Under the pieces are notes generated by a model, which was given only the letters and a program-made list of their open reading frames with translations, did not search any database and was not told the DNA's origin. A DNA stretch of 29,103 bases. Source: a virus. Lineage: Duplodnaviria; Caudoviricetes. The stretch lies in the IMG/VR virus record IMGVR_UViG_3300016476_000510, positions 1 through 29,103 of that record; one strand, 5' to 3'. This document shows, one piece after another, positions 24,115-29,103 of the stretch (its first letter is position 1; every line of letters starts with the position of its first letter). A program made the translations under genes and the position numbers.

Positions 24115-24327
24115 TCATTCTCCTCGGATTTGAACAATGACTCGCCCGGCCTGCGAATAATCCTTGTATTCCTCGCTGGTGTAGTCAAAGACATAGCATT
24201 CTTCGATGTCTACAGGCTTCATGGTCATGTAGATGTCGTAGCCTTTGATCACTTCAACACCGCATTCTACTTCAGCGTCTTGAGGGAGTGTCTTCATCCA
24301 CTCAATCATTTGAGCTACAGTAGTCAT
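24115..24327 (-). CDS. Hypothetical protein (TVAQMIEWMKTLPQDAEV)
   Basis: ORF in the operon. Confidence 0.8.
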   Translation of the reverse strand: MTTVAQMIEWMKTLPQDAEVECGVEVIKGYDIYMTMKPVDIEECYVFDYTSEEYKDYSQAGRVIVQIRGE

Positions 24328-24328
24328 T

Positions 24329-24442
24329 TCAACGATCCTTCATACGCTTCATGATAGCGATGAACCAGTGCTCTTTGAGGACACGCTGGAACTCGACTTC
24401 GGGATCGTATTGACGACCAGTTTTCCTGCAAGTAACCAACAT
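24329..24442 (-). CDS. Small protein, 37 aa
   Basis: Hand translation MLVTCRKTGRQYDPE...KRMKDR; SD AGGAG. Confidence 0.7.
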   Translation of the reverse strand: MLVTCRKTGRQYDPEVEFQRVLKEHWFIAIMKRMKDR

Positions 24443-24474
24443 GTTCAACTCCTGTTTTGTTTCGCTATGTAACT

Positions 24475-24519
24475 ATTATAACACCGAAACGAATTTCGTG
24501 CTATTTTTGGCTATTTTGG
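24475..24519 (-). promoter_or_regulatory. Early promoter AAAATAGCCAAAAA-TAGCAC-17-TATAAT
   Basis: Extended -10; upstream tandem AAAATAG. Confidence 0.75.
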
Positions 24520-24702
24520 CATGTTTTCCAGTGCCTTCTTCCTAGTCTTGTAGGGGCCGGAAACCACGTCGTAGCCATGCTCTGCACAGTACTCAGGGAA
24601 CGTTTGGCGCCCTGGAACGTAACTGGCATTCTCTGCCCAGCGAATGGGCTCATAGATCCCGTCACGCTCAACGACAAACCAAATAAAACGTAGGTAGATC
24701 AT
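24511..24702 (-). CDS. Hypothetical protein (ends in TAG)
   Basis: SD AAGGA. Confidence 0.7.
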   Translation of the reverse strand: MIYLRFIWFVVERDGIYEPIRWAENASYVPGRQTFPEYCAEHGYDVVSGPYKTRKKALENMPK

Positions 24703-24711
24703 TACAGTTCC

Positions 24712-25029
24712 TTACAGGGTGTTCAGAACAGGATTGTGCACTCGAGTAAGCTCGCGCTCACGTGCATGCGCTGCCGCTTTACCACGCACAGTCTCAACCA
24801 CACCGTAGGTAAAAGACTCAACACCGTGCTCACGAATGCTACGGCACAGGGCCCAATCCTTGTTCTCAGTCAGTGCACGGCGAACGTGCTTTTGGATGCG
24901 AATTTTGAGTGCTTTACGCAGGTTGCCCGAGCAAACTGTAACACCAATGTATTGCTCTGCGGTCACCACGTTGGTGATCACATAGATTGCATGATTGCGG
25001 TCACTGCGGGTTTTGCGTTTCGTCGTCAT
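24712..25029 (-). CDS. Stand-alone GIY-YIG nuclease domain protein
   Basis: AIYVITN...QYIGVT...RIQKH...E...N. Confidence 0.8.
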   Translation of the reverse strand: MTTKRKTRSDRNHAIYVITNVVTAEQYIGVTVCSGNLRKALKIRIQKHVRRALTENKDWALCRSIREHGVESFTYGVVETVRGKAAAHARERELTRVHNPVLNTL

Positions 25030-25035
25030 GTATCA

Positions 25036-25078
25036 ATTATAACACGACAGCGAATTTTTGCCTATTTTTGGCTATTTT
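25036..25078 (-). promoter_or_regulatory. Early promoter AAAATAGCCAAAAA-TAGGCA-17-TATAAT, 6 nt from the ATG
   Basis: Extended -10; same upstream element as 24475. Confidence 0.75.
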
Positions 25079-25484
25079 CGGTAGCCCAGTCATGCTGCGG
25101 GTTTACATCGTACTCTATTACCGAATATGCTACCACACTGGTATCAGTATCCGATAATGATATATGACAACGTGCCCTTAATGATTCTATAGTTTGCCTT
25201 AATTTATCATTAAAACAAACGACTGGTTTTCCATTTGTATTATGTCTAATTTCGATACTCTTAAATCGAGTATCTCCCTGAATACCTGTACCAAATGCTT
25301 TTGCAACTGCTTCTTTTGCAGCCCATTTTTTAGCAAGGTATAATGATTTTAATTCATCAATATTAGCAAAATATTCTTCTAATTCAAAATCAGTGCAAAT
25401 ACGTTTTGCTAGATTATCCATATGTGTTCTAGAGTTTCTAAAACGCTCTATGTCCACAATATCGGTACCAATACCAAGAATCAT
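25062..25484 (-). CDS. acpS: Holo-[acyl-carrier-protein] synthase (4'-phosphopantetheinyl transferase)
   Basis: ILGIGTDIVDIERF, WAAKEAVAKAFGTG, GKP and ISLSD. Confidence 0.92.
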   Translation of the reverse strand: MILGIGTDIVDIERFRNSRTHMDNLAKRICTDFELEEYFANIDELKSLYLAKKWAAKEAVAKAFGTGIQGDTRFKSIEIRHNTNGKPVVCFNDKLRQTIESLRARCHISLSDTDTSVVAYSVIEYDVNPQHDWATENSQK

Positions 25485-25913
25485 TTAATCCAACTTGTAG
25501 TGTTTAATCCTGTACTTACGTGCAAGATGTATATTAAACTCAGCTAGGTGTCTTTTCCATAAGAAGAACGCAGGTCCATGAGTCATATTTTCATTAACCA
25601 ACCATTCCCACTGGTGCACCATCTCGTGAGCTAGAGTATCTATAAACAATCTCTTGCTTAGGAAACTCTTGTTCATATATATCGTGCAGGTTCTATTGTC
25701 ATCCAGGTTTCCTACACACATGCCCCAATAATCTTTACTGTAAACTAGCCTAAAATTAGGCATTTTTAGTTCACCATTGAATACTTGATTATTGATGTTG
25801 CGGAAAACTTCCCTACAGTCGTGTATAGTGGGTCTAAATTTGTAGTCCTCAACCCAGCAGGCTTGAACCATTCTGAACAGTTTTGTTCGTGTAACGTTGC
25901 GCTTTTTTGGCAT
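25485..25913 (-). CDS. SprT-like zinc metalloprotease
   Basis: TLAHEMVH...HGPAF. Confidence 0.85.
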   Translation of the reverse strand: MPKKRNVTRTKLFRMVQACWVEDYKFRPTIHDCREVFRNINNQVFNGELKMPNFRLVYSKDYWGMCVGNLDDNRTCTIYMNKSFLSKRLFIDTLAHEMVHQWEWLVNENMTHGPAFFLWKRHLAEFNIHLARKYRIKHYKLD

Positions 25914-25970
25914 GCTAACACCCCCTATACAGAAGTATTTAGCGATTATGCGCTAACATTAACTACGTTG

Positions 25971-26069
25971 TCAATACCACATGACTGGATTATTTTTGAT
26001 AGATTTGGCTCTGTGTTCGGCGTATTCCATTAGGAATCGCTTGATGGCTCTAAATGCAGTTTTAATCAT
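25971..26069 (-). CDS. Small protein, 32 aa
   Basis: Hand translation; ATGA overlap. Confidence 0.55.
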   Translation of the reverse strand: MIKTAFRAIKRFLMEYAEHRAKSIKNNPVMWY

Positions 26070-26227
26070 AGCCAACCCCCTGCTTGTCTGCGGTCATATA
26101 CTCTGGACCAATAATCGACTTCTGCCGGTGTTGTTGGGTTTTTGCTTGTTATGAACTGGTCTAGTTCGTTTTGCTTTGTTCTATTTTCGATCAGGGTTCT
26201 GATGAATTCAGCTATTAGTTTGAACAT
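26066..26227 (-). CDS. Small protein, 53 aa (LDQFITSKNPTTPAEVDYW)
   Basis: Hand translation; SD AAAGG; follows TAAATA and a leader hairpin. Confidence 0.7.
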   Translation of the reverse strand: MFKLIAEFIRTLIENRTKQNELDQFITSKNPTTPAEVDYWSRVYDRRQAGGWL

Positions 26228-26316
26228 TTTTGGTGCCTTTACTAGGAGGACGCTCGTTGCATCCTCTAGTATTTATGTGGCACCGCAGCATTTTATTAGT
26301 GTTTCTACTAATATGC

Positions 26317-26592
26317 TTACTCAGAATAGATGCTAGACCACTGCTTGAGTTTGTCTTTTTTGGCTGCGCGAGCTACATCTACGCTATTGGAGTCAATGAT
26401 TTTGTGTTCAATCATTAGATCAACCATGGCTAGCAAGTCGCCAACTTCTTCCTCAAGATGCTCTCGGTTTGTTTTGGGTTTTCCGGGTTTGTAATTGTCT
26501 AAGCCAAAGCGACTGATTTTGCTCACGGCTACTACTACTTCTGCACATTCCTCTTGGGTAATGTCCAGGATTTCTTTGGTTTTTGGATCCAT
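26317..26592 (-). CDS. MazG-like nucleotide pyrophosphohydrolase
   Basis: EECAEV...LEEEVGDL. Confidence 0.8.
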   Translation of the reverse strand: MDPKTKEILDITQEECAEVVVAVSKISRFGLDNYKPGKPKTNREHLEEEVGDLLAMVDLMIEHKIIDSNSVDVARAAKKDKLKQWSSIYSE

Positions 26593-26900
26593 TATTCGGA
26601 CTCTACGTTGATGTTTAGTGGGTGCCCGTTACTGCGGGCGATATAAACTGCTTCATTGTGCTTCTGTTCCGCAACTTCGAAAGTATAAACACCGGCAATA
26701 CCCTTGCCTTGTTCATGAATTTCCATAGTTGTTTTTGTTGCACGTTCGTCATCGTGATGGAAAACAACCTTCAACAACTCTATGACAAAGTTCATAGGTG
26801 TTGAGTCGTCATTATTAAACACAACCTTGTACATGCTAGGTTGCTTGATGTTTGTTAGTTGACGAGTGGAGTTTTTTGTTTCTGTTGCCATTAGAGTCAT
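26592..26900 (-). CDS. clpS: Clp protease adaptor ClpS
   Basis: YKVVFNNDDSTPMNFV, IHEQGKGIAGVY and HPL. Confidence 0.93.
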   Translation of the reverse strand: MTLMATETKNSTRQLTNIKQPSMYKVVFNNDDSTPMNFVIELLKVVFHHDDERATKTTMEIHEQGKGIAGVYTFEVAEQKHNEAVYIARSNGHPLNINVESE

Positions 26901-26915
26901 GTTCGTCCTTAATTG

Positions 26916-26923
26916 TATTTATA
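26916..26923 (-). promoter_or_regulatory. T4-type late promoter TATAAATA
   Basis: Exact T4 late consensus upstream of clpS, directly after the hairpin at 26926-26943. Confidence 0.7.
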
Positions 26924-26925
26924 CA

Positions 26926-26943
26926 GGGGGCAAAAATGCCCCC
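26926..26943 (-). terminator. Hairpin after hsp20 (GGGGGCA-TTTT-TGCCCCC)
   Basis: 7-bp stem; weak U tract on the minus strand. Confidence 0.55.
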
Positions 26944-26951
26944 ATTTTGGT

Positions 26952-27386
26952 TTACTCGTCGTAGCCTAGGATTTGGATCTTGCGAGGCTTGAGCTCTTCA
27001 GGAACGATCCTATTGATAGCAATACGTAGTACACCATCCCTGATAGATGCAGTACCAACTTTCATGTATTCACCAAGAGTTAGCGTTCTTTCGAAGCTGC
27101 GATAAGCTAGGCCGCGATGTAGATATTCTACATCTGCATCTTCGGCACGTTTGCGCTCGCCACGAATGATCAACTGGTTCTTATCAACTTCCACTTCAAT
27201 TTCAGCAAGAGTGAAGCCAGCGACCGCTACTTCGATTTCGTAGTTGTCGTCATCTTTCTTGATTACGTTGTATGGGGGATAAGTTTGGTTTGTAATACCG
27301 TTTGTAGCCAGTAGGCGATCAAAACCAATAAGAGCTCTGTTCAATTGATTCAAAGCTGCTGTGTCAAAGCGTGTTAAAGCATTCAT
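26952..27386 (-). CDS. hsp20: Small heat-shock protein Hsp20 (IbpA-like)
   Basis: YPPYNV, VAVAGF, YLHRGLAYRSF, DGVL and PEELKPRKI. Confidence 0.95.
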   Translation of the reverse strand: MNALTRFDTAALNQLNRALIGFDRLLATNGITNQTYPPYNVIKKDDDNYEIEVAVAGFTLAEIEVEVDKNQLIIRGERKRAEDADVEYLHRGLAYRSFERTLTLGEYMKVGTASIRDGVLRIAINRIVPEELKPRKIQILGYDE

Positions 27387-27457
27387 GTTGTTTCTCCTTT
27401 TAAAGCAAGAATGTTTTGGGCGATTGCCCGTTGTAGAACCCTATTGGCGTCCTACAA
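27387..27457 (-). promoter_or_regulatory. ROSE-like RNA thermometer in the hsp20 5' UTR
   Basis: Three hairpins; the last, UUCUU-G-CUU/AAGGAGAA, has the UUGCU motif opposite the SD. Confidence 0.7.
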
Positions 27458-27460
27458 ATA

Positions 27461-27496
27461 TATTTATATGATACTACCTTAACTGTTATCTGTCAA
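27461..27496 (-). promoter_or_regulatory. Overlapping promoters for hsp20: TTGACA-17-TATCAT and late TATAAATA
   Basis: -35 at 27491-27496, -10 at 27468-27473, TATAAATA at 27461-27468. Confidence 0.7.
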
Positions 27497-27856
27497 TAGA
27501 TCACCCTTGTTTCGCTGAGCCAAAACAAGAAGGAATCTGTATTCATCATAAGCATTGCGTACTGCCGGGCATTCGTCTCTGATCTTCTTTTCTTCTGCGA
27601 TTATTGCTTCCAGTTTTTCCAGACGCTCACGCAGTTCTTCATAAGGATCAGTCAGTGTAATAGTACCTGAACCACCGACAAGCGAACCCCAGGTGCCATT
27701 CATACCACTGGATGTGTTCAGTGTGACTGATTGTGTGTTCAGAGAACTCAGATCTATGGTGGTGATATCTACAGAGTCTATGGGTTCTGCTGTAATACCC
27801 GTCGCGCCCGACGCCTCCGACCACTCGTAGGAGTATGTCTTGATATCATCACTCAT
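27479..27856 (-). CDS. Hypothetical protein
   Basis: TAATG-coupled to rpsU. Confidence 0.8.
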   Translation of the reverse strand: MSDDIKTYSYEWSEASGATGITAEPIDSVDITTIDLSSLNTQSVTLNTSSGMNGTWGSLVGGSGTITLTDPYEELRERLEKLEAIIAEEKKIRDECPAVRNAYDEYRFLLVLAQRNKGDLLTDNS

Positions 27857-28086
27857 TAGTAGAGCCTTTTAGGTAGTGCTTCTGCTTGTCTCTTTTTCTG
27901 TGCCCTACGAGTCTGTTGGTTCTTGGTCTTGCGGCGTGTAACACTAGGCTTTTCATAGAACTCTTTTTCTCGAAGTTCAACCAGCTTGCCGCTTTCTGTG
28001 ATCTTCTTCTTAAAGGTTCGTATCGCCTTCTCGACGTTATCGTTGTAGACCTCTACGGTCAGACCTCTATTTTTACGTTTACTCAT
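27856..28086 (-). CDS. rpsU: Ribosomal protein bS21
   Basis: VEKAIRTFKKK...ELREKEFYEKPSVTRR...RLY. Confidence 0.92.
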   Translation of the reverse strand: MSKRKNRGLTVEVYNDNVEKAIRTFKKKITESGKLVELREKEFYEKPSVTRRKTKNQQTRRAQKKRQAEALPKRLY

Positions 28087-28622
28087 TTTTGCTTACCTTG
28101 AAAAATAATGGCTGTCAGCCTATTACCCTGCATCTCACTGTTACCTTCAAGTTTAGCTGCCGGTACTTGAGCAAGGATATTTTCAATAATGGTATAGCCA
28201 ATATCCTTGTTGGCCATCTCCCTGCCCCTGAATTTAATGACAATTTTTACCTTGTCACCATCACCCAACCATTCTTGTATATGTTTAATCTTGACACCAA
28301 GATCATGAGAATCAATAGCCGGTCTCAACTGGACTTCTTTGACTTCAATCCTGTTTTCTCGATTGCGGCGATCAATGTCCTTTTGTTTCTTCTGTTGCTC
28401 GTACTTATACTTACCCAGATCACCTATCTTGCATACAGGAGGATTTGTCTGACCATTGATCATGATCAAATCAAGATCACTGTCCTGCGCCATGTTAAGT
28501 GCTTTAAAAAATCCCAGGACTCCGAGGTTTTCGCCGTTTACACCAATTAGGCGAACCTCTCTTGCTCTGATCTCCCTATTAGCTAGAACTCTGTTCTCGT
28601 GTCTTCTTTCGTTTGTTGCCAT
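28083..28622 (-). CDS. infC: Translation initiation factor IF-3
   Basis: NREIRAREVRLIG, PPVCKI, KEVQLRP, KVKIVIKFRGRE. Confidence 0.95.
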   Translation of the reverse strand: MATNERRHENRVLANREIRAREVRLIGVNGENLGVLGFFKALNMAQDSDLDLIMINGQTNPPVCKIGDLGKYKYEQQKKQKDIDRRNRENRIEVKEVQLRPAIDSHDLGVKIKHIQEWLGDGDKVKIVIKFRGREMANKDIGYTIIENILAQVPAAKLEGNSEMQGNRLTAIIFQGKQK

Positions 28623-29103
28623 ATACTAGTAATGGTTCTTTACCCTGTGTTACGCTTTCTTCCGTGATGGTTACTTTAGCCACATTCTCTGCGGCCAGTT
28701 CGGGTAAAATGAACTGCGTCTGCAATAAGACGTTTTCTAATTCAGCACGTAGACCACGTGCTCCTACTTTCATCTCTATACACTTACGAGCCAGTGCCAG
28801 GCAAGCTGCCATGTCCACTTCTAATTCCACACCATCCATCTTGAATAGTTCTTGGAATTGGCTAATAAGGTTGTTCTTGGGTTCTGTTAGAGCTTTAACT
28901 AATTGGTGTTCATCTAATTCTTCCAGGACTGCAATTTTGGGCATGCGTCCAACAAGTTCTGGAATCATGCCCCATTTGATAATATCCTCATGAATGACCT
29001 TGGTGAGGTCAGCTTTCTTTTTCTCTGGGTTACCGGCAAAGCCGATAGTAGACGTATTGTTCATACGCCTGTTGATCACCTCTTCTAGGCCAACGAATGC
29101 ACC
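28579..29103 (-). CDS. clpX: ClpX ATPase, C-terminal part (gene begins outside the window)
   Basis: GAFVGLE at the edge, IGF, GMIPELVGRMP, LTEPKN and GARGLR. Confidence 0.93.
   Translation of the reverse strand, partial: GAFVGLEEVINRRMNNTSTIGFAGNPEKKKADLTKVIHEDIIKWGMIPELVGRMPKIAVLEELDEHQLVKALTEPKNNLISQFQELFKMDGVELEVDMAACLALARKCIEMKVGARGLRAELENVLLQTQFILPELAAENVAKVTITEESVTQGKEPLLVYGNKRKKTREQSSS

Noticed and set aside
1-29103. TAG reassignment within this window
   Set aside because: Every gap I translated is explained by small standard-code ORFs or regulatory DNA, and no conserved gene is interrupted by TAG. Other genome regions are not tested.
25062-29103. Bacterial chromosome origin suggested by clpX, infC, rpsU, clpS and acpS
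   Set aside because: The gene order is not bacterial (no rpmI/rplT after infC), the genes are mixed with phage-type ORFs and TATAAATA boxes, and strand and packing match the rest of the window.

Overview
A 29 kb segment of a large, probably T4-like/jumbo dsDNA bacteriophage genome. About 80 tightly packed genes all lie on the minus strand, many coupled by ATGA/TAATG overlaps; the + strand ORFs are antisense shadows. In transcription order (right to left) it holds: a host-takeover/proteostasis block (clpX partial, infC, rpsU, hsp20, clpS, MazG-like, SprT-like, acpS); a long run of small early genes behind a family of sigma70-type promoters; a likely RNA-repair set (metallophosphoesterase, P-loop kinase, RNA ligase) plus a Pth2-like protein; a B12-radical SAM gene; a membrane cluster (SPFH lipoprotein, type IV pilin-like protein); a redox cluster (rubredoxin, AhpC, DOPA dioxygenase, CDGSH-like protein, AhpD); and a NadM-Nudix NAD salvage gene. 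The most unusual signals are: (1) four copies of a small gene built from three DNA-identical anchors separated by unrelated variable segments; (2) a CUA-anticodon (amber suppressor-type) tRNA lying in frame inside a CDS, with its own internal promoter; (3) structured leaders, including a ROSE-like thermometer before hsp20 and a two-hairpin leader ahead of the NAD operon. All protein calls come from motif recognition by eye; no searches were run. Several start codons were moved from the ORF track using SD and overlap evidence.
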